A stretch of DNA of 64,000 bases from Lysobacterales bacterium (GCA_016721845.1 JADKHK010000007.1:112067-176066), one strand, 5' to 3'; positions 7,566-17,839 are shown, counted from the stretch's first letter. Notes: generated by a model from the sequence alone, not told the origin. A program made the numbers and translations.

Positions 7566-7581
7566 GCCGGGTGGCGCCGCC

Positions 7582-8847
7582 TCAGTCGGTGCGCAAGGCC
7601 GCGATCGGGTCGAGGTCGGCGGCCTGGCGGGCCGGATAGACGCCGAAGGCGAGGCCGGTGAGGGCGCAGACGAGGGTCGCCGTGAGCACCGGGATCGGCG
7701 CCCAGCCGACGGTCCAGCCGGCGAGCCAGGCGATGGCGTAGGCGAGCACGCCGCCGAACACCAGCCCGAGCAGGGCACCGACGCCGCAGATCAGCGCTGC
7801 CTCGCGCATGAACTGTTCGATCACGTCGCGGCGACGCGCACCGAGCGCGCGCAGCAGCCCGATCTCGCGTTTCCGCTCCAGCACGTTCGCCAGCATGATG
7901 TTCATGATGCCGATGCCGCCAACCAGCAGCGATACCCCGGCGATGGCGGCCATCACGATCCGGAAGATCCGCTGCGTTGCCTGGTGCTGCTGGTAGAGCT
8001 GGGCCGGCACGATCAGCGTGTAGTCCTTCTGTCCGGCATGGCGCTGGTCGAGCATTGCCGACAGCACCTTCGAGCCGTCGACGATATGCGCGGGATCGTC
8101 GAGCTGCACCAGGAAACGGTCGATCTCATCCTCCATCGGCTGGAAGCGCAGACGCGCCAGCGCCGACCCCAGCGGCACGAAGACACGATTGCTCTCGAGG
8201 CCGAGTTGCACGCCTTCGAATTGGTCCTTGCTGAGATCGCGATCCGTGAGCACGCCGATCACCTCGAACCAGGCGTGGTTGACCTTGACCAGTTCGCCGA
8301 CCGCGCTGCGGCCCGGAAACAGGGTCTTCGCGGCCTGATGGCCCAGCACCGCGACCGCCGCGAGGCGATCATCATCGCTGTCATCGAACGCACGTCCCTG
8401 CGCGACCTGCAGCGAGGACAATGCGAAGTAGCCGGGCGTGACGCCGCTCGCGACCGCGTCGGACTTGCTGAATTCGCTGAGCACCGAATGGGTCTTGATC
8501 GCCTTTTCCGCAGCGATGCCGGTGGCGCCCGGCACCACGTCGAGCGCGGCGTCGGCGTCGGCGCGGGTGAGGCCGAGACTGCGTGCGCGCATCTCGCGCA
8601 GTGCATCTTCGTCCGGTGGCGACTCGGTCTTCGCGATCAGGTTGCGCAGTCCGAGGCCTTCGACCAGCTTCAGGGCTTCCTGCCGCGAGCCTTCGCCGAC
8701 GCCCTGCATCGCGACGATCGAGCCGACGCCGAAAATCAGTCCGAGCAGGGTCAGCAGGGTGCGCAGGCGCCGCCGCCACAATTCCTCGACGGCTTCGCGC
8801 CAATGGGTGCCGAAGCCTTGTCCGATCCGATCGAGCAAGGTGCTCAT
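7582..8847 (-). CDS. ABC transporter permease, MacB/FtsX family (421 aa)
   Basis: N-terminal TM helix, large periplasmic domain, then an FtsX-type C-terminal 3-TM bundle (IGIMNIMLANVLERKREIGLLRALGARRRDV...). Start overlaps the upstream stop (ATGA, 8844-8847). Confidence 0.9.
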   Translation of the reverse strand: MSTLLDRIGQGFGTHWREAVEELWRRRLRTLLTLLGLIFGVGSIVAMQGVGEGSRQEALKLVEGLGLRNLIAKTESPPDEDALREMRARSLGLTRADADAALDVVPGATGIAAEKAIKTHSVLSEFSKSDAVASGVTPGYFALSSLQVAQGRAFDDSDDDRLAAVAVLGHQAAKTLFPGRSAVGELVKVNHAWFEVIGVLTDRDLSKDQFEGVQLGLESNRVFVPLGSALARLRFQPMEDEIDRFLVQLDDPAHIVDGSKVLSAMLDQRHAGQKDYTLIVPAQLYQQHQATQRIFRIVMAAIAGVSLLVGGIGIMNIMLANVLERKREIGLLRALGARRRDVIEQFMREAALICGVGALLGLVFGGVLAYAIAWLAGWTVGWAPIPVLTATLVCALTGLAFGVYPARQAADLDPIAALRTD

Positions 8848-10118
8848 CCCATCCTCCGCATGCCGCCGCCACGGCCGCCGCGCGCACCGTCACCGCCGGG
8901 TGCGGCGTAGCGCTTGGCGTCGGGGTCCGCGGCATTCGCAGCCGGCGTCAGGACCACCGCGTCGCCGGCCTGCAATCCCTTGACCACTTCGCTGCGGGCG
9001 GTACCGCGCGCGCCGAGTTCCACTTCGCGCTTCGCGACCTTGCCGCCGGCGCGCACCTCGACATAGGTCTTGCCGCCTTCGGCGATCAGGGCCACGTTCG
9101 GCACCGACAAGCCCTGGCCGGATTCGCCGGTGTAGACCTCGGCGGCCATGCCCTGTCCCGGCACCAGGCGATATTTCGCCACCGCTTCCGCCGGCACGAC
9201 GGCTTTCATCAACAGGTACTTCACCGGGTTCTGGCGACTGCGCGACTGCGCCGCGCCGGCGACCCAGCTGACGGTGCTCGCGAATTCCTGGTCTGGGCGA
9301 CCGAGCGCGTGCATCTTGACGCGTGCGCCGACCTTGACGCCCTGGGCATCGAGCTGGGTCAGCGCGAACTGCACTTCCAGCGCGGCCAGTTCCGGCAAGG
9401 CGCCGAATTCCTGGCCGGCCCACATGCTGGCGCCGACCTTGGGTTTCTCGCCACCCCAGTCGGTGTTCAACACGAACACGCCTTCATGCGGCGCGCGCAG
9501 CTCCAGCGCGGCCACGTCTTCGCGGCGTCGCCGGGCATTGAGGTCATAGGTCGCGCGCTGCGAATCGAGCACCGCCAGTTCCGCGCCGCCGCGCACGCCG
9601 GTCTGTTGTTGTTGCCATTCCAGCGTCTCGTGTTTGTAGCCGAGGAAGGCAGCGTCCTGCACCGCATCGAGAATCTCGTTGCGCGCGAACATGCCGAGAT
9701 CGGCCCCGGCATAACGCTCGGCGATGCCAAGATCGACGTCGACCTTGGCGATCTCGGCGCCGACCTTGTCCTGCGCGGTCGAGAGTTCGATCTCCTTGCC
9801 CATGCGCGCCAGCACGTTGCGGCGCAGGTCGAGTTCGGCCTTGGTCAATTCGAGTTCGCCCTGCGGCGCGATGAAGCGCGCGATCAACTCGCCCTGCTTC
9901 ACTTGCGAGCCCTCGGGCACCATCCACTCCAGCTGACGTTGCGACCAGCCCTGGCCGGGCACCGACAGGGGCGTGGCCTTGGCCGAACGGACCTCGCCGG
10001 TCGCCATCACCCGCAGCGACAGCGCCGATGCCCGCACGACCTCGACCGGCGCATCCAGCGCCGCATCCTGGCCGCAGCCGGCGAGCGCGAGCAGGGGCCA
10101 CATCCGCATCCATTTCAT
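8844..10118 (-). CDS. HlyD-family periplasmic adaptor (membrane fusion protein) 3, lipoprotein (424 aa)
   Basis: MKWMRMWPLLALAGC lipobox, a coiled-coil hairpin region, beta-barrel/MP domains, and a Gly/Arg-rich tail. ATGA overlap with the upstream gene (10115-10118). Confidence 0.85.
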   Translation of the reverse strand: MKWMRMWPLLALAGCGQDAALDAPVEVVRASALSLRVMATGEVRSAKATPLSVPGQGWSQRQLEWMVPEGSQVKQGELIARFIAPQGELELTKAELDLRRNVLARMGKEIELSTAQDKVGAEIAKVDVDLGIAERYAGADLGMFARNEILDAVQDAAFLGYKHETLEWQQQQTGVRGGAELAVLDSQRATYDLNARRRREDVAALELRAPHEGVFVLNTDWGGEKPKVGASMWAGQEFGALPELAALEVQFALTQLDAQGVKVGARVKMHALGRPDQEFASTVSWVAGAAQSRSRQNPVKYLLMKAVVPAEAVAKYRLVPGQGMAAEVYTGESGQGLSVPNVALIAEGGKTYVEVRAGGKVAKREVELGARGTARSEVVKGLQAGDAVVLTPAANAADPDAKRYAAPGGDGARGGRGGGMRRMG

Positions 10119-11071
10119 GGCTGTTTCTCCGTCGCCGCGACCAGCACCACGCGGACCGGCTGACCTGGTTTGAGCGCCTGGCCCTTGGGATCGAAGCTGA
10201 CCACCGCATCGACCACCGGCACCAGTTGCGAGCGCGACTTGCTGCGCACGGCGCGACCGATCTCGCTGACCTTGCCCTCGATCGCCTGACCAGCGCCGCC
10301 TTCGACGATGACCCGGGCCTGCATGCCGACGCTGACGCGCCGGATCTCGGTTTCGGGCACGGCGACGCGCGCGATCAAGGTCGACACGTCCGGGATCTGC
10401 GCCACCGACTGGCCACGGAACACCTGCGAGCCGACATCGAATTTCTCGCCCTGCCAATTGCTCTGGTGCAAGATGATGCCGTCGCGCGGCGCCTTCACGT
10501 TCAGTTCCTGCATCGCCTTCTGCGAGCGTTCGACTTCGCCGCGCAGCTGCGTCAGTTCCGCTTCGACCAGGCGCCATTCCTGCTTGCGCTGCTCGGCGGC
10601 GGCCAGTTCGCGTCGCGTCGCAAGCGCCAGCTGCTTCTCGGCCTGTTCGCGTTCGATCACCAGTTTCTGGTAATCGACGCGGCGCACGATGTCGACCGGC
10701 TGGTCGGCCTTGCGCGTGGCCTTTTCGGCATTCGATTTCGCCTGCGCCGTGGCCAATGCCTCGGTCCGCACGCGCTCGGCGAGTTCGAGGCGCAGGCGTT
10801 CGCGCTGCGTCTCCTTTTCCTTCAGTGCACTCTGCTTTTCAGTGAGCTTGCGCATCACCTCCGAGCTGTCGAAGGCGGCCACGACTTGATCCTTCTTCAC
10901 CGGCGTGCCATCCGGCGCGAGCTGGGTCAGGGTGAGCTGCCACAGATCATCGATCGCGGGCGGCGATATCGCGGCACTCTCGCGAGCGGCGATCTCGCCG
11001 TCGAAACTGAGTTCGGCGGCTGCCAGCGACAGGCTCGCCAGCAGCAGGCTGGTCGCGATGATCGTCTTCAT
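10115..11071 (-). CDS. HlyD-family periplasmic adaptor 2 (318 aa)
   Basis: Signal peptide MKTIIATSLLLASLSLAAA, a long charged coiled coil (KLTEKQSALKEKETQRERLRLELAERV...) and a beta-barrel C-terminus. ATGA overlap at 11068-11071. Confidence 0.85.
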   Translation of the reverse strand: MKTIIATSLLLASLSLAAAELSFDGEIAARESAAISPPAIDDLWQLTLTQLAPDGTPVKKDQVVAAFDSSEVMRKLTEKQSALKEKETQRERLRLELAERVRTEALATAQAKSNAEKATRKADQPVDIVRRVDYQKLVIEREQAEKQLALATRRELAAAEQRKQEWRLVEAELTQLRGEVERSQKAMQELNVKAPRDGIILHQSNWQGEKFDVGSQVFRGQSVAQIPDVSTLIARVAVPETEIRRVSVGMQARVIVEGGAGQAIEGKVSEIGRAVRSKSRSQLVPVVDAVVSFDPKGQALKPGQPVRVVLVAATEKQP

Positions 11072-12069
11072 GACTGGGCGCCCTTCGTGGCGGCGTCCGG
11101 CGCGGCCGGCACCGACTCGACGCGCACGCTCGACGCCGGCAACAAGCCGAGGTCGGCCGAGTTCTCCAACGGAATGGTCACGGTGAAATAGCGGCCGGCG
11201 CCCATTTCCATCTTCGCTGCGGGCGCACCGGAAATCGCGCTGATGGTGGCATCGAGTTTCAGGTCGGGGCGCGCATCGAATCGCAGGTGGACCTTCTGGC
11301 CGACGGCCAATGCCGAACGATCGGCTTCCAGTGCATAGGCCTTGATCGTCATCGGGCCGCGGTCGACGATCTCGCCGACCTTCATGCCCGGCCACGCCGA
11401 GGAGCCTTCGTCGAAGCGATCGCCGCGCCACGGGTTGAAGCCATGCACGACGACACCGTCGACCTCGGCCTTCACTTCCGCCAGCGCCACCTGGGCCTGG
11501 TTGTACAACAGGTCCTGATGCAACTTGTCGATCTCCAGGCGTGCGTCTTCACGACGGCGCGTCACGGCGGCGCTCGCGGCGTCGCGTTCCTTGAGGCGCA
11601 GGGCGAGATCGCGCTCGGTGCGCACCTGCTCACCCTGGTAGCGGTCGTAGTCGAGCGCGGACAGGTGCTGCTTCGGAATCGCGGCATCGACCCGGGCCTT
11701 GCGGAACAATGCATCGGCATCGACCCAGGCCCGCTCGGCGTCGATCGCGGCGACCGTCAAGGTCGCGATCTCCTGCGCCGCCCGAGCCTCGGTCTGCTCG
11801 ATCTGCGCGGTCAGGGTCTGGATCATCGCCGCGCTCGCACCGGCATCGATGCGCACGACGACATCACCGCGCTTCACCGCCGACCCCTCCGACACGTAGT
11901 AGCGCAACACGACCGGCGAGGTGTTCGAGGGCGGGCAGTACACCGGCTGCGCATTCATCGCGACCACTTCGCCGCTGAGGATGACGCGCGACGTCGGGTT
12001 GGCGAAGACCGAGCTGCAGCACAGCACCCACAACAGCAAGGCAGGAGCGCATCGTTCAACGTTTCGCAT
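11068..12069 (-). CDS. HlyD-family periplasmic adaptor 1 (333 aa)
   Basis: Signal-like N-terminus MRNVERCAPALLLWVLCCSSVFA, a lipoyl-like motif (GSAVKRGDVVVRID) and a coiled coil. The start overlaps the ATPase 3' end by 14 nt. Confidence 0.8.
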   Translation of the reverse strand: MRNVERCAPALLLWVLCCSSVFANPTSRVILSGEVVAMNAQPVYCPPSNTSPVVLRYYVSEGSAVKRGDVVVRIDAGASAAMIQTLTAQIEQTEARAAQEIATLTVAAIDAERAWVDADALFRKARVDAAIPKQHLSALDYDRYQGEQVRTERDLALRLKERDAASAAVTRRREDARLEIDKLHQDLLYNQAQVALAEVKAEVDGVVVHGFNPWRGDRFDEGSSAWPGMKVGEIVDRGPMTIKAYALEADRSALAVGQKVHLRFDARPDLKLDATISAISGAPAAKMEMGAGRYFTVTIPLENSADLGLLPASSVRVESVPAAPDAATKGAQS

Positions 12070-12730
12070 CGGATTCCACCAGGCCGTCGCGCAGGCGCAC
12101 ATGGCGCGGCACACGTGCGGCGATGTCGTTGTCGTGGGTGACCAGGACGATGGTCTGGCCCTGGGCATGCAGTTCCTCGATCAGGCCGAGTACGTCGGCC
12201 GCGCTCTTTGAATCGAGGTTGCCGGTGGGCTCGTCGGCGAGCAGCAGGGCCGGGCTCAGGATCAGCGAACGGGCAATCGCCGCACGCTGCATCTGGCCGC
12301 CGGAGAGCTGGGTCGGGCGATGATCCATGCGGTCGGCCAGGCCGACGCGCGCCAGCAGGTCGCGTGCGCGCGCACTCACGTCCGGCTTCGGCTCCCGCGT
12401 GAAGCGCAGCGGCAGCAGGACGTTCTCCAGCACCGTCAAGCGCGGCAGCAGGTGGAAGCTCTGGAAGATGAAGCCGATCTTGCGGTTGCGCACGGTGCTG
12501 ATGGCCTCGTCGTCGAGGCGCGAGACTTCCTGTCCATCCAGCACATACGAGCCCGAGTCGGGCTTGTCGAGACAGCCGAGCACGTTCAGCAGGGTCGATT
12601 TCCCCGATCCCGAGGGTCCCGTGATGGCGACGAATTCGCCGGCGTCGACGTGCAGGGAGACATCGTCGAGCGCCCGCACTTCGGCGCCGTGCATGTCATA
12701 GGTACGGGAGATGTGTTCGACCTGGATCAC
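12056..12730 (-). CDS. ABC transporter ATP-binding protein, MacB/LolD-like (224 aa)
   Basis: Walker A GPSGSGKST, Q-loop, signature LSGGQMQR, Walker B LLLADEPT, H-loop VTHD. GTG start chosen at VIQVEHISRTY. Confidence 0.9.
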   Translation of the reverse strand: MIQVEHISRTYDMHGAEVRALDDVSLHVDAGEFVAITGPSGSGKSTLLNVLGCLDKPDSGSYVLDGQEVSRLDDEAISTVRNRKIGFIFQSFHLLPRLTVLENVLLPLRFTREPKPDVSARARDLLARVGLADRMDHRPTQLSGGQMQRAAIARSLILSPALLLADEPTGNLDSKSAADVLGLIEELHAQGQTIVLVTHDNDIAARVPRHVRLRDGLVESDAKR

Positions 12731-12858
12731 TGCGACTTCCCTGTAGCGAATGGCTACAGACCATGGGGACGCGGAAAGGTTCCGCAACGGCTGCAACGCC
12801 GGAACCGCCAGAGGTCATGCGACGGGATGGGGCGTTGGTGCATCGGGGCGGGTGCGGG

Positions 12859-14685
12859 CTAATCGATGGTGGGCAAGACCGACACCACTTCCTTCACCGT
12901 GGTCATGCCGCGCGCGATCAATTCGGCGCCAGCCATGCGCAGCGGGCGCAAGCCGTCGCGCAGGCAGGATTCGCCGAAGGCGGGGAGGTCGATGTCGGCG
13001 CGGATCTCGCGGCGCAGCTTCGGCGTCATCGTCAGCATCTCGTAGACCGCGGTGCGACCGTAGTAGCCGGTGTGGCGACAATCGTCGCAACCCTTGGCGG
13101 TGCGCGCATGCGTCGGCAAAGGCACGTCGAAACCGCGGGTCAGCGCCTGCCATGCCCCCGGGTCGACCGCCACCGGCGTCTTGCAGCGCGGACACAGCGT
13201 GCGCGCCAGGCGCTGCGCGACGATGCCGTTCACCGTGCTCTGGATCAGATAATGCGGGACGCCGAGATCGAGCAGGCGGGTGACCGCGCTCGGCGAATCG
13301 TTGGTGTGCAGGGTGCTCAGCACCAGATGCCCGGTCAGCGCGGCCTGCACCGCCATTTCGGCGGTCTCGAGGTCGCGGATTTCGCCGACCATGATGATGT
13401 CCGGGTCCTGCCGCAGCAGCGTGCGCACGCCGGCGGCGAAGGTCAGGTCGATCGAGTTCTGCACCTGCATCTGGTTGAACGCGGGCGCGATCATCTCGAT
13501 CGGATCCTCGATCGTGCAGACATTGATCGCGGGCGTCGCCAGATGCTTGAGCGTCGAATACAGGGTCGTGGTCTTGCCGGAACCGGTGGGGCCGGTGACC
13601 AGCACGATGCCGTGCGGGCGTTCGATCATCTCGCGCCACTGCGCTTCGTCGCGCGGGTTGAAGCCGAGCTCCGAGAAATTCTTGACGACCACGTCCGGGT
13701 CGAAGATGCGCATCACCACTTTCTCGCCGAATGCGGTCGGCATCGTCGAGATGCGCATTTCGACTTCGCGGCCGCCTGGCGAGCGGGTCTTGATGCGGCC
13801 ATCCTGCGGGCGCCGGCGCTCGGCGATGTCCATGCGCCCGAGGATCTTGATGCGCGATACCACCGCAGCCATCACTGGCGTCGGCAGTTCGTAGACCTTG
13901 TGCAGCACGCCGTCGATGCGAAAGCGGACTGCGCTCATCTCGCGCCGCGGTTCCAGGTGGATGTCGCTGGCGCGCTGCTCGTAGGCGTACTGCAGCAGCC
14001 AGTCGACGATGCGCACGACATGCGAGTCCTCGGCACCGAGTTCGCCGGACTTGCCGAGTTCGACCAGCATCTCGAAGTTCGGCATGCCGCGCGGGTCGGC
14101 CGTCTCGTTGCCGTCCCGCGCCTTGCGCACGCTGCGCGAAATGCCCGCGAATTCCATCAGGAAGCGGTTCACGTCGAGCGGGTTCGCGACGACGCGGCTC
14201 ACCTTGCGCCGCAGCAGGCGTTCGAGATCGGGTAGCCAGCGCGCGTCGAAGGGTTCGCTGGTGGCGATCGTCAGGGCATCGGCGCTGACGTCGACCGGCA
14301 GGATGCGATAACGCGTGGCATAACTCGGGGCGACCACTTCGCCGACACGGGCGATGTCGATCTTGGTCGGATCGATCCGCAGGTAGGGCAGGCCGGCCTT
14401 GTGCGCCAGCCATTCGGTCAGCGCTTCCAGCGTCAGGTAGCGACCGGGCTCGCGCGGGTCGGGCAGCTTGGCGTTCGCGATCAGGATCAGCGGATGCAGC
14501 TCGCCGCGACTCAGGCCCTTGCCGATGCGGATGGTCTTCGCCGCTTCGCCGGTCACCAACTGGTCGACGATCAGCGCCGCCAGCACTTCGTCCAGTTCGA
14601 CGCGCTTGCCTTCCGAAAACCTGCTCGTCGTGAACGCCGCGCGGCCTTCCATGGGCTCCGACTTGGGAGATTCGTGCTTGCTCAT
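12859..14685 (-). CDS. GspE/PulE/PilB-family secretion ATPase (608 aa), no partner genes nearby
   Basis: Walker [10 protein letters not shown], Asp box, Walker [10 protein letters not shown], His box LVLSTLHTN, tetracysteine CPRC...CDDC, and an N-terminal T2SSE_N-like region. Confidence 0.9.
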   Translation of the reverse strand: MSKHESPKSEPMEGRAAFTTSRFSEGKRVELDEVLAALIVDQLVTGEAAKTIRIGKGLSRGELHPLILIANAKLPDPREPGRYLTLEALTEWLAHKAGLPYLRIDPTKIDIARVGEVVAPSYATRYRILPVDVSADALTIATSEPFDARWLPDLERLLRRKVSRVVANPLDVNRFLMEFAGISRSVRKARDGNETADPRGMPNFEMLVELGKSGELGAEDSHVVRIVDWLLQYAYEQRASDIHLEPRREMSAVRFRIDGVLHKVYELPTPVMAAVVSRIKILGRMDIAERRRPQDGRIKTRSPGGREVEMRISTMPTAFGEKVVMRIFDPDVVVKNFSELGFNPRDEAQWREMIERPHGIVLVTGPTGSGKTTTLYSTLKHLATPAINVCTIEDPIEMIAPAFNQMQVQNSIDLTFAAGVRTLLRQDPDIIMVGEIRDLETAEMAVQAALTGHLVLSTLHTNDSPSAVTRLLDLGVPHYLIQSTVNGIVAQRLARTLCPRCKTPVAVDPGAWQALTRGFDVPLPTHARTAKGCDDCRHTGYYGRTAVYEMLTMTPKLRREIRADIDLPAFGESCLRDGLRPLRMAGAELIARGMTTVKEVVSVLPTID

Positions 14686-14759
14686 CGCTGGATTTTCCGC
14701 CGGGCGCAGCCTGCGCCGCGGCTATACTACGGCGCTTTTCGCCCCAGACCGGAATCCCC

Positions 14760-15659
14760 ATGACAGGCCCCACTTTCCAGGACGTGATCCAGACGCTGAA
14801 CCGCTATTGGGCGGAGCAGGGTTGCGTGCTGATCCAGCCGCTCGACATCGAAGTCGGTGCCGGCACCTTCCATCCCGCGACCTTCCTGCGTGCGCTCGGC
14901 CCGGAGCCGTGGCGTGCCGCGTACGTGCAGCCGTCGCGGCGCCCGACCGATGGTCGCTACGGCGAGAACCCGAATCGTCTGCAGCACTACTACCAGTATC
15001 AGGTCGCGTTGAAGCCGAACCCGACCAACATCCTCGACCTCTACATCGGCTCGTTGAAGGCGCTCGGCATCGACCCGCTGACACATGATCTGCGCTTCGT
15101 CGAGGACAACTGGGAATCGCCGACGCTCGGCGCCTGGGGTCTCGGCTGGGAGGTCTGGTTGAACGGCATGGAAGTCACGCAGTTCACCTATTTCCAGCAG
15201 GCCGGTGGTCTTGATTGCAAGCCGGTGACCGGCGAGATCACCTACGGCCTCGAACGCCTGGCGATGTACCTGCAGAACGTCGACAACGTCTATGACCTGG
15301 TCTGGGTGCAGGGCCCGCAGGGCACCGTCACCTATGGCGATGTCTACCACCAAAACGAAGTCGAGCAGAGCACCTACAACTTCGAACATGCCAACGTCGA
15401 TGCCCTATTCGCCTGGTTCGATACCTGCGAAGGCGAGGCGCTGAAGCTGGTCGAGAAGAACCTGCCGCTGCCGGCCTACGAGCAGGTGTGCAAGGCCAGC
15501 CACAGTTTCAACTTGCTCGATGCCCGCCGTGCCATCAGCGTGACCGAACGCCAGCGCTACATCCTGCGCGTGCGCACGATCGCGAAGGCGGTGGCCGAGT
15601 GTTACCACGCGCAGCGCGAGAAGCTCGGCTTCCCGGGCCTGAAGCACAAGGCGGCCTGA
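14760..15659 (+). CDS. glyQ: glycine--tRNA ligase alpha subunit
   Basis: [51 protein letters not shown]...; 299 aa; followed 3 nt later by glyS. Confidence 0.97.
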   Translation: MTGPTFQDVIQTLNRYWAEQGCVLIQPLDIEVGAGTFHPATFLRALGPEPWRAAYVQPSRRPTDGRYGENPNRLQHYYQYQVALKPNPTNILDLYIGSLKALGIDPLTHDLRFVEDNWESPTLGAWGLGWEVWLNGMEVTQFTYFQQAGGLDCKPVTGEITYGLERLAMYLQNVDNVYDLVWVQGPQGTVTYGDVYHQNEVEQSTYNFEHANVDALFAWFDTCEGEALKLVEKNLPLPAYEQVCKASHSFNLLDARRAISVTERQRYILRVRTIAKAVAECYHAQREKLGFPGLKHKAA

Positions 15660-15662
15660 ACC

Positions 15663-17765
15663 ATGACGACACCTATCGCCCCCCTGCTGATCGAACTCGG
15701 CACCGAAGAACTGCCGCCGAAGGCGCTGGACGAACTCGCGAACGCGTTTCGCGATGGCGTTGCTGCCGGCTTGAGCAAGCGCGGCATCGCGCACACTGCG
15801 CATTCGGTGCGCGCGCTGCATTCGCCGCGCCGGCTCGCGGTCTGGATCGAAGACGTCGCCCTGCAGCAGCCCGAGCAGAAGCTCGAGCGCCGCGGCCCGG
15901 CCGCGAGTGCCGCCTTCGATGCCTCCGGCACGCCGACCAAGGCGTTGATCGGTTTCGCGCACAGTTGCGGCGTCACCGTCGAACAACTCGAAAAGATCGA
16001 TACCGACAAGGGCGCGTGGCTCGTGCATCGCGCCGTGAAGCCGGGTGAGCCGACCGCGACCCTGCTGCCGCAGATCGTCGAGGAGGCGCTGAAGGCGCTG
16101 CCGATTCCGAAGCCGATGCGCTGGTCCGACCTCGACTACCAGTTCGTGCGCCCGGCCCATTGGCTGGTGATCCTGCTCGGCACCGATGTCGTGCCGGCCG
16201 AGATCCTGGGTCTGAAGTCCGACCGCATGAGCCGCGGTCACCGCTTCCATCATCCGGAGCCGGTGTGGATCAGCAATGCCAACGACTACATCGATGCGCT
16301 GCGTGCCGCGAAAGTCCTGGTCAATCCGGCCGAGCGCGCGAATCGCGTGATCAGCGAAGTGCAGCGCGTGGCCGAAGGGCTGGGCGGCCTGCCGCGCCTG
16401 CGTCAGGAACTCGTCGACGAAGTGAAGAACCTGGTCGAATGGCCGGTCGGCATCGCCTGCACCTTCGAACGCGACTTCCTGCGCGTGCCGCAGGAAGCGT
16501 TGATCATGACGATGGAGTCGAACCAGAAGTTCTTCCCGGTGTTCGACGCGGACGGCAAGCTCACCGAACATTTCATCGGTGTCGCCAACATCGAGAGCCG
16601 CGATCCGAACGAGATCCGCAAGGGTTATGAGCGCGTCATTCGTCCGCGCTTCGCCGATGCCAAGTTCTTCTTCGACGATGACCTCAAGTCGCCGCTGGCG
16701 GCGCAGCAGGACGCGCTGCAGAGAGTCACCTACCAGCAGAAACTCGGTTCGGTCTGGGACAAGGTCTGCCGCGTCGGCGAACTGGCCCGCGTCATCGCCG
16801 AACGGCTGCGCTCGATGCACGGCCTTGGTGTCGATCCGGCGCAGGCGACGCAGGCCGCGAAGCTCGCGAAGTGCGACCTGATGACGCGCATGGTCGGCGA
16901 GTTCCCGGAGCTGCAGGGCATCATGGGCCGCTACTACGCGATCGCCCAGGGCGAGTCCGCGGAAGTCGCGAACGCGCTCGACGAGTTCTACCAGCCGCGT
17001 TTCGCCGGTGATGCGATCGCGCCGAGCCGTCTCGGTCAGGTGCTCGCGATCGCCGAGAAACTCGACACGCTGGCCGGCATGTTCGCGATCGGCCAGAAGC
17101 CGACCGGCAACAAGGATCCGTTCTCGCTGCGTCGCAATGCGCTTGGCCTGGCGCGCACGCTGATCGAAGGTGGGCTGGATCTCGATCTGAATGCGCTGCT
17201 GCGCGAAGCCATCGCCGCGATCTCGACCGACGGCCTCGATGCGAAGGCGAACGATCTCTACGACTTCATCACCGACCGCCTGCGCGGCTACTACGCCGAC
17301 CAGGGTTTGCGTGCTGATGCCTTCGAAGCCGTGCTCGCCGTGCGTCCTTCGAGCCTGCGCGACTTCGACCGCCGCATCCGCGCCATCGACGTGTTCACCA
17401 AGCAGGCGGAAGCCGAGAGCCTCGCGGCCGCGAACAAGCGTATCGGCAACATCCTGCGCCAGGCCGGTGAAAAGCAGTTCGCCATCGCCGAGCGCATCGA
17501 TGCTGCCCTGCTCGATGCCGGCGCCGAAACCGATCTCGCGAACGCGCTCGACGCCGCGATCCGTGACGTCACGCCGCTGATGGCCGAACACCGCTACGTC
17601 GAAACGATGCAGCGCCTCGCCCAACTCAAGCCGGTCGCCGATGCCTTCTTCGACGGCGTCATGGTCATGGTCGACGACCCCGCGAAACGCGGCAATCGCC
17701 TCAGCCTGCTGCGCGCACTGCGCACGCAGTTTCTGGCGATTGCGGATATCGGGTTGCTCGGCTGA
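15663..17765 (+). CDS. glyS: glycine--tRNA ligase beta subunit
   Basis: 700 aa; LLIELGTEELPPKAL N-terminus and the typical GlyS architecture, directly downstream of glyQ. Confidence 0.97.
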   Translation: MTTPIAPLLIELGTEELPPKALDELANAFRDGVAAGLSKRGIAHTAHSVRALHSPRRLAVWIEDVALQQPEQKLERRGPAASAAFDASGTPTKALIGFAHSCGVTVEQLEKIDTDKGAWLVHRAVKPGEPTATLLPQIVEEALKALPIPKPMRWSDLDYQFVRPAHWLVILLGTDVVPAEILGLKSDRMSRGHRFHHPEPVWISNANDYIDALRAAKVLVNPAERANRVISEVQRVAEGLGGLPRLRQELVDEVKNLVEWPVGIACTFERDFLRVPQEALIMTMESNQKFFPVFDADGKLTEHFIGVANIESRDPNEIRKGYERVIRPRFADAKFFFDDDLKSPLAAQQDALQRVTYQQKLGSVWDKVCRVGELARVIAERLRSMHGLGVDPAQATQAAKLAKCDLMTRMVGEFPELQGIMGRYYAIAQGESAEVANALDEFYQPRFAGDAIAPSRLGQVLAIAEKLDTLAGMFAIGQKPTGNKDPFSLRRNALGLARTLIEGGLDLDLNALLREAIAAISTDGLDAKANDLYDFITDRLRGYYADQGLRADAFEAVLAVRPSSLRDFDRRIRAIDVFTKQAEAESLAAANKRIGNILRQAGEKQFAIAERIDAALLDAGAETDLANALDAAIRDVTPLMAEHRYVETMQRLAQLKPVADAFFDGVMVMVDDPAKRGNRLSLLRALRTQFLAIADIGLLG

Positions 17766-17798
17766 TTGTCGTCGCGCAGGGCACGTCGATTGACCGAC

Positions 17799-17836
17799 GT
17801 TCTCAATTCGGCTACAAATGTAGCTGAATTGAGAAC
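17799..17836. promoter_or_regulatory. 38-bp AT-rich near-perfect palindrome: candidate operator of the wHTH-NTase gene, or the glyS terminator hairpin
   Basis: GTTCTCAATTCGGCTACA-AA-TGTAGCTGAATTGAGAAC. Arms match at 17 of 18 positions. It ends 3 nt before the ATG at 17840 and lies 34 nt after the glyS stop. Confidence 0.45.
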
Positions 17837-17839
17837 GCC

